From contig OX597830.1 of assembly GCA_951406725.2 (NCBI GenBank), forward strand, positions 21,080,001-21,144,000: a DNA stretch of 64,000 bases. The letters are read 5' to 3'. Position numbers and translations under genes: made by a program. Shown one piece after another: positions 14,060 to 27,291 of this stretch. How positions within the stretch are numbered: position 1 is the first letter of the stretch; every line of letters begins with the position of its first letter. The DNA comes from Octopus vulgaris. Lineage: Eukaryota. The notes below the pieces were generated by a model. The model had not been told where the DNA came from, did not search any database, and saw only the letters and a program-made list of their open reading frames with translations.

Positions 14060-14190
14060 CCAGATCCAGCCTCTCGCACCTACCCTACAATGTCATTCTA
14101 AATTGTAAGCAATCACATCATCAAAGTCTTGAAGCTATGGAGCTAATGCTTGAAGTGAACATTTGACAGAGTAATCTGAATGTTAAAGGG
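13990..14190. mobile_element. piggyBac-like MITE (TTAA target, ..AAAGGG end); related copy at 4513-4823
   Basis: TTAAC(T/C)CTT start and GTAATCTGAATGTTAAAGGG end. The copy at 4509 begins TTAACCTTTTAACATTCAGAT and ends AAGGGTTGA. Confidence 0.6.
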
Positions 14191-14711
14191 AGGTCACTGG
14201 GTCTTTGTGGGGTAAATAGCAACAGTGTCTCCCTCTCTATTAATTAGGGTAGTCGTTAGCTGTTGTTTGTTTTTGTTTTTTTGTTTTTTTCATGTTTGTT
14301 TGATTTCTTTTTTTCTTTGGTGGATAGGAGATTGCGGAATGCCTTGTCTTTCAATGAGGCATGTCAGTTATTTCAGTAAAACTTCGTAAAGATGTATGTG
14401 TGTGTATATATATTTGTACATACATATATTTATACACACACACACACACACACACACATAAATATCTTGGTCTCACAATCCTGTTGTCTGCTGGAGTATG
14501 GTAGAGGTTCGCTCCCCAATTGGCAATATATATGCTCAGGGTGCAGTGTTGCACCGATAACCAGCTGGTGGAAGAACTGCCTGGGGTTAAACTGGTAGTA
14601 CCGTGAAACATATTCATGTGGCAATTAACTTTGCTCGTTAGTATAGTTACTACTCTCATCTCTTATTGCAATTTTACAACTAGCTATTTTGCTTATATAT
14701 ATAAATGTATA

Positions 14712-15498
14712 TATCATCATCATCGTTTAACATCCGTTTTCCATGCTGGCATGGGTGGACGGTTTGACTGGGAACCGGCGAACCAGATGGCTGCACCAGG
14801 CTCCAATTTGATCTGGCAAAGTTTCTACAGTTGGATGCCCTTCATAACGCCAACCACTCTGAGAGTGTAGTGGGTGCTTTTACATGCCACCAGCACGAGG
14901 GCCAGTCAGGTAGTACTGGAAACGGCCACGCTCAAGTGGTGTTTTTATGTGCCACCTGCACAGGAGCCAGTCCAGTGACACTGGCAATGCCCTCGCTCGA
15001 ATGTTGTTTTTCATGTGCCACCGACACAAGGGCCAGTAAGGCTACGCTGGTAACGATCGCACTCGAATGGTGCATTTTGCATACCACTGGTATGGGAACC
15101 AGTCAGCTGCCCTGGCAGCGATCATACTCAGATGGTGCTCTCAGCGCTCCACTAACACGGATGCCAGTCATGCAGTGCTGTCATTGAATTTGATTTCGAT
15201 TTCACTTTCCTCAACAGGTCTTCGCAAGCAAAGTTTAGTGTCCGATGAAAGGTACGTCTAAGTGGGCTGGTTACACCACTGGCATAGGCCCCAGGTTATG
15301 GTCTCACTTGGCTTGCTGTGTCTTCTCAAGCATAGCATATTTCCAAAGGTCTCAGTCACTAGCCATTGCCTCGGTGGGGCCTGATGTTTGAAGGTCATGC
15401 TTCACCACCTCATCCCAGGTCTTCCTGGGTCTATGTCTTTCCATAGTTTCCCTCAACTGCTAGGGTGTGGCTCTTTTTCATACAGCTATCCTCATCCA
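14712..15498 (-). mobile_element. RTE-clade LINE 3' end (ORF2 C-terminus, 3' UTR and (GAT)n tail), degenerate
   Basis: Minus strand 15498-15305 translates, with a frameshift and stops, to DEDSCMKKSHTLAVEG../RPRKTWDEVVKHDLQTSGPTEAMASD*DLWKYAMLEKT. The UTR contains the GAAGGGCATCC motif and ends in GTTAAACGATGATGAT. Confidence 0.8.
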
Positions 15499-15846
15499 GT
15501 TGAAAATTGAATATAAAATGGAATATACGAAAATTTATTAATCACTACAACTGTTTCGACACATCTAGCATCGATCCCTCATGGGATGTATATATATAGT
15601 TGAAATTTACAGAAAAAAGATGAAGACAGGTGTATAAACAACAGGCAGGTAACATATATGTGTGTGTGTGTCTATGTATATATAGTAATAAGACACACAC
15701 AACTTATTCTTATTTTTAAACTTTACCTAACATACACGTGTTTCCGGAAGCCAATTCGGACTGTTGCACAAACTGATTACCTTGATTGAATACTCACACC
15801 TATGATCAAAATTGTTATATGGTTGTCCCATTTTTTATTCAGATTA

Positions 15847-16247
15847 CAGGCACATGCTGTCAGTAATTATTCAGGGTAGGCAGTTGGTGACGTTTATGGA
15901 GTGAAACACACAAAAAAATAAACCAAATATAGGCAGGCGACTGAGTTGTAGGCAGATTTACTTACTCTTTTATAGCACGTAAAGAAAACATTGTTGTAGG
16001 AATGTACGCAGCATGTGTACTACAGCAGTTCTATGTTAATACCGTGATTGAGAGGCAGGGATAAATTATGCCTACCTAATCTACAAAAATGTAAAATATT
16101 TTGTATTTTATGCATAGTAATCAGAGTAGCCTTCATAATTTTGTTGAATTAGGTGCGTATTTTGCCATAAAAGGAAAATGTTGTTATTGATCTACTTTAT
16201 TCAGGGTAGGCACTATCTACCTTGCCTACCCAGGCGGCATGTCCCTG
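15847..16247. mobile_element. hAT-like MITE
   Basis: Termini CAGGCACATGC / GCATGTCCCTG, with subterminal repeats of TATTCAGGGTAGGCA and an inverted TGCCTACC. Confidence 0.55.
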
Positions 16248-16973
16248 GTAGATAAGGATTATCTATTCAGTAAGTAAGGTATTGTGTATCTACAACTTGA
16301 AAGATAATGTCTGAGAGTGTAGACTTCCTTTTCAAAGGCAATGGATCATGCTTTGTGGGTATTTTTAACTGCTATTTCTTGCACCATCATCATCTACTGC
16401 AAAAAAATTGGATCATTTGTGCTACAACTACCATTGGTACTACGTCTGTGGCCACAACAACCATCACCGTTACAATAACCACCACTGCTGTTTGCTTCTA
16501 CCATTATGACAACCACTACTACCACCACGACAGACACCGCCGCTGCCACTACAAACACCACCACCACTACTACCTCAGCCACTGCCACCAACAACACCAC
16601 TACCGCTACGGCCACTACAACCATCACCACCATTGCCTGCATCATTGCCATCACAGCCTCCATCCAACTCTTTCTACCACACAACCATCCATCTCTGCAA
16701 CCATTGTAGCCAGCACTACCACCACCACCACCACCACCATCTCATCATCATCATCATCATCATTCACCACTACTAGCACCCCAGCCACCACCACCACCAC
16801 CGACAACAACAACAACAACAGCAACTGCCTGACTTGTCATTTCTCAATTTCCATCAGCCCATCCAATCAAGGAAGAAACTGAGAACAATAATTTTAAAAT
16901 CTTATTGGAATCGCTGTCCTGTATATTTATTTATTTATTAACTTATTTATCAATTTATTTATTCGTTATTATA

Positions 16974-17017
<44 letters not shown>

Positions 17018-17748
17018 CATTTCTTCTTCATCTCATCTTTTATCATCATCATCATCATCATTGTCGTCGTCGTCTTCATCATCTCTCTCTGTCTCTTGTC
17101 TTGTCTGTCTCTCTCTTTCTTTCTGTCTTCATCTTCTGGTATAATTAGCCGGGTTTTGCTTTATTTTCTTCACAGAATCATTTAGAAAAAAAAAAAAAGA
17201 CAGAAAGACAGCAGAGTGGGAGGGAGAGAGACAGAGAGAGAAAGAGTGTTTAGGAGAGAAGACAGAGAGAGAGTATGTGTGTTTTGAGAGAGAGAAAGGA
17301 GGAGGAGTGTGTGTGTGTGTATGTGAAAAACGGACAGAGTGAGTATTGAAGAGAGGGGTTTGTAAGGAGAGAGAGAGAGAGAGAGAGAAGGACAGACAAT
17401 GTTTAAGAGAACAAGGGGGGGAAGAATGAGAGACGGGGGGGGGCGGGGAGAGAGAGACTTGGAAGTATCAGAGGACAGCGTCGGTGTTCATCAAACATTT
17501 CTGGACGATTCTGCACCCAATCTCTCTCTCTCTCACCTTGTAATTACAAACACTGCCTTTAGATGGTGGTGGTCGTGGAAGGGAGAGGAGCATGGTAATT
17601 ATGATGACAATGAACATATTAAAGATGTTCGTGCTCGCGTGCATGTGTGTGTGTGTGTGTGTATGGAGGTAGATATTAAAGATATGTGTACATATGTATG
17701 CATGGATGTATATATATGTATGCGTGTCCATGTGTGTGTGTGTATATG

Positions 17749-17813
<65 letters not shown>

Positions 17814-17868
17814 ATGTATGTATGTGTGTGTGTATGTATGTATGTGTGTGTGTATATGTATACGTGTG

Positions 17869-17905
<37 letters not shown>

Positions 17906-17908
17906 ATG

Positions 17909-17943
<35 letters not shown>

Positions 17944-18211
17944 GTATATATGTATATATATATGGTGACTGCATATTTCTGAATATCTATCACCACCACA
18001 CCCATATACACACTCATAAACAATGTGGGTGTGCACACCTAAGTAGATCTAAAGTTTGTGTGTGGGGTGTATACATATGTGTGTTTATGTGCATATATAC
18101 ATAATTCATATATGTGTATATATTTTATATATAAAATGTATATTATGTACAGGCATATGGAAGAAGAGTTGGGGATAGATAGATAGATAGATAGACAGAC
18201 AGATTTATGTA

Positions 18212-18259
<48 letters not shown>

Positions 18260-18320
18260 GAGAGAGAGAGAGAGAGAGAGATATGTTTAATGTTATGAAT
18301 ATATGTACAGACATTTAATA

Positions 18321-18630
18321 TATCTATCTATCTGTCGATGTAGCTATCTATCTGTCTATCTATCTGTCTGTCTATCTACCTATCTATCTGTCTGTCTGTC
18401 TATCTATCTACCTGTCTATTTATTTGTCTGTCTATCTATCTGCCTGTCTGTCTGTCTATCTACCTACCTACATACCTGTCTATCTATCTATCTACCTATC
18501 TATCTATCTATCTACATACCTATCTCTCTATCTATCTATCTATCTATTTATCTATCTATCTACCTATCTATCTATCTACATACCTATCTATCTATCTATC
18601 TATCTATCTACCTATCTATCTACATATCTA

Positions 18631-18666
<36 letters not shown>

Positions 18667-18780
18667 CCTGTCTGTCTCTCTATCTGTCTATCTATCTATC
18701 TGTCCGTCCGTCCGTCTGTCTATCTATCTATCTACCTATCTACATACCTATCTATCTATCTGTCTGTCTATCTATCTATG
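18321..18780. repeat. Compound (TATC/TGTC/TACC)n microsatellite
   Basis: Directly visible. Confidence 0.95.
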
Positions 18781-18803
18781 AATGTGTGTTTGTGTGTGTA
18801 TAC

Positions 18804-18834
<31 letters not shown>

Positions 18835-19615
18835 TGAGAAATGTTATGGTGTTATCCTCCTCTCTTCTTTGGTGTGTGTGTGTGTGTGTGTACCTCTCTT
18901 TTAAAGTGCGTCTATGCATCTGTTCATAATGCCATTGTGCGTGAGTATATGTGTGTAGCACTCCACTGTGTGTATATGCGTTTATGATGGCACTGTGCAT
19001 GCATGCGTGTGCAGCGTGGCTGTCAGATGCTGCACATGTTGATTGAACTCCTCTAATCCACTGCATTTCTGCTGCAATCATTATTCAATCAATACTCATT
19101 CCATTCCCTGATTACAGGTGTGCGTCTAACGGGGCCCTCTACCTACCTACCTAACCTACCTACCACCACCACTGCCTGCCATCGCTCCTACACCTATGCA
19201 TGCACCTGCAACATGGTATGGGTATGCAGGTTAGGTGGTTGGTGGTTGCGGTTATGGTAGTAGTGTTGCTTTTATTTCATCTCTTTCTGTTCATTAGGTA
19301 ATTTGGCTGACCACTCCCCCTTCATCATCATCATCATCATTATCATCACAACCACCACCGCTGCCTTCCTCATCCTCAGATCTTCATATCATTATTGTTA
19401 TTGATGTTGTTGCTGTTATTGTTGTTGTTGTTGATGTTGTTGTTCTTTATGGTGTTATTATTATTATTATTATTATTATTCGTTTTGAGGTTCCTCTTTC
19501 TCCTCCTCCTTCTCCTCCTCCTCCTGCTGTTCCTTTCTTTCGTCTTGCATTATCTTGCTCCTTGATAAACATCTTCATCTTCAGCATTATAAGAATTACA
19601 ATAATCATCATTTGC

Positions 19616-19616
<1 letters not shown>

Positions 19617-19653
<37 letters not shown>

Positions 19654-19900
19654 CCACCACCATCACCATCATCATCATCATCAACATCACCATCATCATC
19701 ATCACCATTATTATCAACATCACCATCATCATCATCATCATCACCATTATTATCAACATCACCATCATCATCATCATCATCACCATTATTATCAACATCA
19801 TCATCATCATCATCATCATCATTATCATTATCTCATCATCATTATTTATAATCATTGCCATCATCATTGTCATCATCATCATCATCGTCATCACCATTGT
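19617..19900. repeat. (CAT)n-derived tract with ~39-bp higher-order units
   Basis: CACCATTATTATCAACATCA recurs three times. Confidence 0.9.
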
Positions 19901-20164
19901 TCCTATTAAGAGCTTCATCTTAATCATTATTTCTTTGATCATCATCGTCTTCGTTGCTCACTCTCTTCACCGCTACTCATCCCCTGTTTTCCACACATAC
20001 ATTGTTCCCTAATCCAAACCCAACTTTGCTGGCCACCTCCCTAAAAACTTGCCCTAAAACTAGTCCCTAAGGTCAGCCAATAATTCCTCTGGGTAACCCC
20101 TGTTACTTTCTTATTTACAAAACTGCATCCATTGTTTAGTGTGGATGTTGTTGTTTACCAAGTT

Positions 20165-20522
20165 TAGACTGTGGCCATGCTGGAGCACTGCCTTTAGTCG
20201 AGCAAATTGATCCCAGGACTTTTTCTTTGTAAGTCTAGAACTTATTCTATCGGTCCTTTTTGCCGAACTGCTAAGTTACAGGGACTTAAGCACACTAGCA
20301 TCGGTTGTCAAGTGATGTAGGGGTGTGGACAAGCACAGACACACACATATATACATATATATACCGGGCTTCTTTCAGTTTCTGTCTACGAAATCCACTC
20401 ACAAGGCTTTGGTCGGCCTGAGGCTATAGTAGAAGACACTTGCCCAAGGTCCCAGACAGTGGGACTGAACCTGGAACCATGTGCTTGGTAAGCAAACTAC
20501 TTACCTCACAGCCACTCCTGTG
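20165..20522 (-). mobile_element. SINE family A
   Basis: Reverse complement of the family A sequence including A/B boxes. Confidence 0.85.
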
Positions 20523-22359
20523 CTTCTATATGTGTGGGTGTGTGTGCATACACACAGACATACATGAGAGGGGAGAGGGCGAGAGATGGAGCAATATGAA
20601 GAAAGGAGGTCCACAAGTGTTTAATATAGCACTAATTAAAGCCTCGAATCCTTCATCTCTCATTGCCGCTGCCAGAGACATAACGGTAATTCCAGATCAA
20701 CTTTCACTGAGCAAACCAATGATTAAGGGCAATCCAACCATGACCACTCTGCCTATTTTTGTCAGACATATTGTGCATCTTAAAAAAAGTGTCTTTAAAA
20801 AAAATTATAGGAGGTTTGATTTGTGGGGAAAGCCTGTAGTGTAACTGCATAGACACCCTGACCCCTATTGTTGGTCTATCAAGCCCTTTGGTTGCTGTCG
20901 TAGGTGTTTTAGGGTCAGGGCGTTCCTGTTGACAACCTTTGTTCCAGCATATGACCTAGACCTTGTTTATTTAACTAAGGGGTCACAGGTGTTTGGTTTA
21001 CTTCAACATCCTCCCATTCCATGAGCAGGTGCAGGTGCTGCCAGGTGTTGCTACATGGTGAAGACATTTGCTTCCCAACTGTGTGGTCTTGGGTTCAGTT
21101 CCACTGCATGTTATCTTGAAGCAAATGTCTTCTATTTCTAGCCTCAGATTGACCAAAGCCTTGGGAATAAATTTGGCTGATGGAAACTGAAAGAAGCCCT
21201 TGATGTTTATCTGTAAAATTGAAGTTACCTTTATGACTCAACTCATAAGGGCTGGTTTCCCGGTTTCCATGACATTTAAATTCCCCACCTGGACAGGATG
21301 CCAGTCTGTTGCAGGATAACTTATTCTTGCTAGCTGAGTGAAAGGAAGTGATTTGCTCAAGAACACAACATGTTGCCCAGTCCCAGAATCGAAACCACAA
21401 TCTTACGATCAAGAATCCAACATCTTAACCACTAAGCCATGTACCTCCACTATGTGTATGTGTGTTTGCACTTCCTGTCTTGTCATCAATTGGTAACTGT
21501 AAACAGACATCCCCGCCATACAAGCAGTGTCATTCATTTCCAATCTTTCATGATAACATATGCCTGGCCATGCTGGGAAACAGGTGAGGGTTGGTGACCC
21601 AAAGAGCATCAGACCGTAGAAGGTCTGCTTCAGTGAATTCTAGTCTGACTGATGCAAGCATGGTAAAAACGGTGGTAGGTGGGGTGGGGGGAGAGTATTA
21701 TTGGCAGGGGTGATGAGGAAGAGAATAATTGTAGTGGTGATTTCTCCGCCATTCATACCATACATGCTGTGATCTATCAATGGGTGTAGTATACTAACAT
21801 TGTAGGTACCACTTGCTCGATTCATATCCAACGAAACCACCACCACCACAAGCAGATACTATTAGTAGTGATGTTGCTGCTGGTGGTAGTAATGGTGGTG
21901 GTGGTGTATGTTTAGCATTAACAATATGACCACCCCTATCTTCTGATGTTTCTATTTCCCTAGCAACAGTAGAGTAAAGAATGCAAAAAAAAAAAGAAAA
22001 TACAAAAGCTTCAGAGAAACCAGATTTGACTGAATTTGCCACTTAATTTGCTACTGCTACCTATATTAATAATGATGATAATAGTAATAATGATAATAAT
22101 AATTGTCTCAAATTTAGGCTCAGAGCCAAAAGTTTCAAGGAGTGGGGTTTGTTGATTCTATTAACCTCAAGTATTTATAATAATGGTTTCAAATTTTGGC
22201 ACAAAGCCAGCAATTTTAGGGAGGTGGGTATGTCGATTATGTTGACTACTGGAAGAACGAAAGGTAAAGTCATCCTTGGTGAGATTTGAACTCAGATCAT
22301 AAAGCTTGAATAAATGCCACTAAGCATTTTGTCCAGTTTGCCATCTTTAATAACAATAA

Positions 22360-22500
22360 TAATTGCCAGTCACGAGGCCAAACATCCCTGAGAGTTTCAT
22401 CCGAATCCATCCAGCGGATCTTGAGATATCTTGTCCACAGACAAGCAAACAAATATGACTGAAAACAATACCTCTACCTTCGCTAAGATGGCGGTAATAA
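22360..22500 (+). mobile_element. Helentron-associated (HINE-like) 3' end
   Basis: AGTTTCAT..AATCC.TCCAGCGG.TCTTGAGATAT...ACAGACAAGCAAACAAA, then a degenerate terminal hairpin ACCTCTACC-TTCGCTAA-GATGGCGGT followed by AATAAT. Confidence 0.5.
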
Positions 22501-22790
22501 TCCTTTCTATTATAGGCATAAAGCCTGAAATTTGTGGAGAGAGAGGGCCAGTCAATTAAATCAACCCCAGTGTTTCACTGGTATTAAATTTATTCATTTG
22601 TACTCTAGGCACAAGGCCCAAAATTTTGGGGGAGTGGGGCCAGTCGATTAGATCGACCCCAGTACACAACTGGTATTTAATTTATTGGCTCTGGAACTCA
22701 GAATGTAAAGAGGGATGAAATGCCGCTAAGTATTTTGCCCAGTGCGCTAACGGTTCTGCTAGTTCACTGCCTTAGCTAATAATAATAATG

Positions 22791-22822
<32 letters not shown>

Positions 22823-22823
22823 T

Positions 22824-23053
22824 GGCTTCCGTGCTGGTGGCATGTAAAAAGCACCAACCGATCGTGGCTGCTGCCAGCCTCCCGTGGCACGTAAAGAGCA
22901 CCCACTACACTCAAGGAAGGGCATCCAGCTGTAGAAACACTGCCTGATCAGACTGGAGCCTGGTGCAGCCTCCTGGCTTCCCAGACCCCGGTCGAACCGT
23001 CCAACCCATGCCAGCATAGAAAACAGACATTAAATGATGATGATGATGATGAT
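22824..23053 (+). mobile_element. 5'-truncated RTE 3' UTR copy (others at 25619-25765 -, 27760-27910 +, 48370-48478 -, 47860-47915 +; related at 1050-1270, 21590-21670, 44320-44420)
   Basis: Shared GGAAGGGCATCCAGCTGTAGAAAC...TCCAACCCATGCCAGCAT...TTAAATGATGATG sequence with a (GAT)n tail. Confidence 0.75.
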
Positions 23054-23640
23054 GAATAGGGATTTTTTACATTGGTTTAAAATTTGATATTTATTTTATC
23101 GACCCTGGGAGATGAAAGGCAAAAGTAGACTTCGGCATCAATAGAACTCAGATTGTAAAAGGGATAGAGCTACATAAATCCCACAAAATATTTTGTTTAA
23201 GTGCTCCACCGATTCTACAATCTGTTTCTGTCGGACACTAGAATTTACTACAATGGTAGTTGCAATAATAATACTAATAATTATAATAATAATAATAATA
23301 ATAAGACCAATGGTGATGAGTTTCTTAATGGTATTAGGTTGGGTACGGGCAGTGAGAAGGTGGCATTTGTTAGATGTTACGGAAGAGTAAGTAGTTAGCT
23401 GCAGACACACTTGATAGGATTAATGTTCTTGGGAGACGACAGGAAGGAGAGAAAGTTAGCTGTGTTGGAATTACCGATATTTCTCTTGTGCTGGCAGCGG
23501 CAACGAGAGATGAAGGATTCGAGGCTTTTATTATTGCTATATTTAAACACTTGTGGACCTACTTTTCTTCATAGCGTACCTCTTCGTATTGCTCCGTCTC
23601 TGCCCCTCCCTCTCATGTATGTCTGTGTGTGTATGCGCAC

Positions 23641-23673
<33 letters not shown>

Positions 23674-23688
23674 CATATATACATATAC

Positions 23689-23734
<46 letters not shown>

Positions 23735-23889
23735 ATATGTATATGTATATATATATGTTTGTATATATATATGTGTATATATGTATATATATATATGTAT
23801 GTATATATATATATGTTTGTATATATATATGTGTATATATATATGTATATATATGTATGTATATATATATGTGTATATATATATGTATA

Positions 23890-23966
<77 letters not shown>

Positions 23967-24381
23967 TGTATATATGCACTTGGGTCCATCTCTCTGGTTT
24001 CCTTTCTGCATCTCTTCTCTTCCTTTCTCGCTCTCTCTCTCTCTCCCCCTCTCCTCCGTTATCTCTCTTTGATATAAGGAAACGGCAATTTCAAAAGTCA
24101 ACACAAAACTAAACTACAGGGATATGCAGAATATATTATCACCATTGTTAGAACGGTGTTGGTGGTGGCTGCTGTGTCGGCAGTTGTGGCCACTAGTATT
24201 GGTAGTTGCGATTGTGGTGGTTAAAGGGGTAATCAGAGCAGTGACTATGCCTTCTGTAACCATAGAAACATCGGCGGTTGCTGTTGTATGTGTGGGGGGG
24301 GGTGTAGTAGTAGCAGTAATAGTAATAGTAGTAGCAGTAATAGTAGTAGTAGTAGCAGTAGCAGTAGTAGTAGTAGTAGCT

Positions 24382-24415
<34 letters not shown>

Positions 24416-24479
24416 TAGTTATAATGGTTGTCATAATGTGATTGTGGTTCTTATTATTACTAATAGTAATAATAATAAC

Positions 24480-25122
24480 AATCCTTTCTACTATAGGCAC
24501 AAGGCCTCAAATTTTGGTGGAGGGGGCCAGTCAATTAGATTGACCTCGGTATGCAACTGGTAACTTATTTTATCAATCCCGAAAGGATGAAAAGCAAAGT
24601 CGACCTCAGCGGAATTTGAACTCAGAAGGTAGTAATACAAAATACCACTAAGCATTTCGTACAGTGTGCTAATGATTCTTTTCTAGTCTAGACACAAGGC
24701 CTGAAATTTGGGGGGAAGGGGCTAGTCGATTAGATTGACTCCAATATGCAACTGGTACTTAATTTATCAACCCCAAAAGGATGAAAGGCAAAGTTGACCT
24801 CAGTGGAATTTGAACTCGGAACATAAGGACAGATGAAATTCCGCTAAGCATTTCGCCTAGCGTGCTAATGATTCTGCCAGTCCACACCCCTAATAATATA
24901 AATATATTCTTTTCTACTCTAGGCACAAGGCCTAAAGTTTTTGGGAAGGAGGCCAGTCGATTTGATCAACCCCAGTACACAACTGGTACTTCATTTATCA
25001 ACCCTCAAAGGATGAAAGGCAAAGTTGGCTTTGGCAGAATTTGAACTCAGAACGTAGAGACAGACGGAATACCGCTAAGCATTTTGCCCGGCGTGCTAAC
25101 ATTTCTGCCAGCTCACTGCCTT
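24480..25122 (-). mobile_element. Three head-to-tail SINE family B copies (others at 12805-13020 and 22180-22775 on minus)
   Basis: Repeated GGATGAAAGGCAAAGT.GACCTC.G.GGAATTTGAACTC.GAA blocks. Confidence 0.85.
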
Positions 25123-25580
25123 AATAATAATAATAATTGATAATCCTTTCTACTGAAAGCACAAGGCCATGAAATTATAGGGGAGGGTGACTAGATGATT
25201 ACATTAACCCCATGAATCGCTGGTACTTAATAACAATAAAAATAATATTAATAACAGTGGTAATGACCAAGGTTTAGTTAACAGCACTAATAGTAGTAGT
25301 GGTTATTGTTGTTGTTTGGGTAGAGGTCACAGTAGGAAAAATGGTTGTGGTTGTAGTTGTTGTAGCAATGGTCATTGCTATTGTTGTTTTTGTTTTACCC
25401 CCAGATTGAAAATGTTTTCACTAAACCTATGATCGAAGGCATTCTGTCTGTGACCACCCTCGGCTCTTTTTCCTTGTGTGTGTATGTCTTTTAGATATTG
25501 TGTAATAATCCATCCAATGTGTCCTGCTTTTTCAAGACAGTAAGAACATGATTTGCAAGACATTTCATAACTATTTCTAG

Positions 25581-25621
<41 letters not shown>

Positions 25622-25775
25622 TCATCATCATCATCGTCGTTTAACGTCCGTTCTCCATGCTAGCATGGGTTGGACGGTTCGACCGGGTTCTGGGAAGCCA
25701 GAAGGCTGCACCAGGCTCCAGTCTAATCTGGCAATGTTTCTACTGCTGGATGCCCTTCCTAACGCCATATATATA

Positions 25776-25930
25776 TAGGGAGAGTTTACGAAAAAAAACA
25801 AAAGACGAAGACAGGTGGTGTACAAAACAAACAGATGTATTAGTATAACACTCGGGAATAGAAAAAGTCTTTTACGTTTCGAGCCTACGCTCTTCTACAG
25901 AAAGGGACACAGAAAAAACAAGGAGAGAAA
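25776..25930 (-). mobile_element. Family G short non-coding element next to (TA)n with a degenerate hammerhead (copies at 58562-58718, 59876-60058; fragment at 15596-15650)
   Basis: Near-identical ~155-bp units AGGGAGAGTTTACG...GGAGAGAAAA. The antisense strand reads cttt-CTGTAGA-a-gagc-gtag-gctc-GAAA-cGTA-aaag. Confidence 0.7.
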
Positions 25931-26878
25931 AAAAACCACCGTGGCCGACCAGGTTATCAGATGTTGCTACACATCGCTGGTCACAATGTGCTTCACATTG
26001 TTTTAGCCTTCAAATGACGCCACCTCACTGGCTAAGCGAGCAGGCCTACAGAAGAAAGAGTGAGAGAAAGTTGCGGCGAAAGAGTACAGCAGTGATCGCC
26101 AACACCCAGTCGGGGAATCGAAACCGCGATCCTACAACCGCAAGTCCGTTGCCCTAACCACTGGGCCATTGCGCTTCGATATATATATCTTTAAGCTTTC
26201 TTTTCGGTTTGTGGGGGGGGGGGATTAAAATTGAATGTGATTAAGAAATGGTCCATCACTGGAATGGTGCCAGAACCAACATTAAAACCTGACCATTTGT
26301 CTCAGCACAAGAAGAATTCTTGCATCACTGCTGTGTGTCTTGGTTATGTCCAATAAAGTTGTTAATATATGGTGTGGTGGTGGTGGTGGTGGTGGTGGTG
26401 GTAGTGGTAGTGGTAGTGGTAATGGTGGTGGTAGTAGTTGTAGTAGTGGCAGCTGATGGAATGGTTGGGCAGGCAGGCTGATAGTGTCTGAGTGGTACTT
26501 ATAATTGTTAGTTGGTCAAGCAGTGTGTGTGTGTGTGTAACCTGAAGTAGTTTTGTTGGTCAGAGTGTGTGACCAACAAACTGCATCTGGTGAGGCCCGA
26601 AGTTGTTAACTGGTCAATAAGTATGAATGAGACTCGAGGTGGTTTCTTAGCCAAACTGTGAGTGAGGCCTGAAGTGGTTTGTAGGTGAGTATGAGTGAAT
26701 CTTGTGGTAGTTGGTTGGTTGGTTGGTCAATGAATTATGAGTCAGACCTGTGGTAGTTTTGTTAATCAAAAGTGTGAGTGAAGCTAAATATAGTTAATTG
26801 GTCAAGAAATGTAAGACAGAAGATAAGATAATTTATTGACCGAGGAATATCAGTGAGACTTGGGATGGAAGATATAAT

Positions 26879-27291
26879 GAGAGAAAATAGGTAAGTCTCT
26901 GACAATGTATGAAGTTTAATAAAATCTTGATATTTCAGGTGTAAGGGCCCAACTTCAGCAGCGAAAAACTGTCTGAAAAAGGTCCAATTATGTAGGTTCA
27001 ATTAACCCATTTAAATTCCCTAGCATTTATGTAACAGCAGCTCTTCAAATGTAGGTGTAATCAACATTCCATGCGTTGGTGTAAGCAAAAATGATTACAC
27101 CAACATTTTGAGATTGACCTCTGTTGTTACATAAATTCTAGGGAATTTGAATGGGTCAACGGAACCCACATATTTGGATTTTTCTCAGACTGTTCTTTGC
27201 TTCTGAAGTTGAGCCTTTGCACTTGAAATTTAAAGGTTTTATTAAACTTCACGCATTGTCAGAAACTTTCTGTTTTCTCTCTTTTTTTACC
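26879..27291. repeat. Long imperfect inverted repeat (foldback), ~185-bp arms
   Basis: The arms are reverse complements, roughly 80% identical by eye. This is mirrored in ORFs 26762-27001(-) and 27151-27375(+), which give similar peptides. Confidence 0.9.

Noticed and set aside
25815-26006. Recurrent peptide KTNRCISITL.NRKSLLRFEPTLF (also 58484 and 59794)
   Set aside because: Translation of the non-coding family G repeat, not a gene family.
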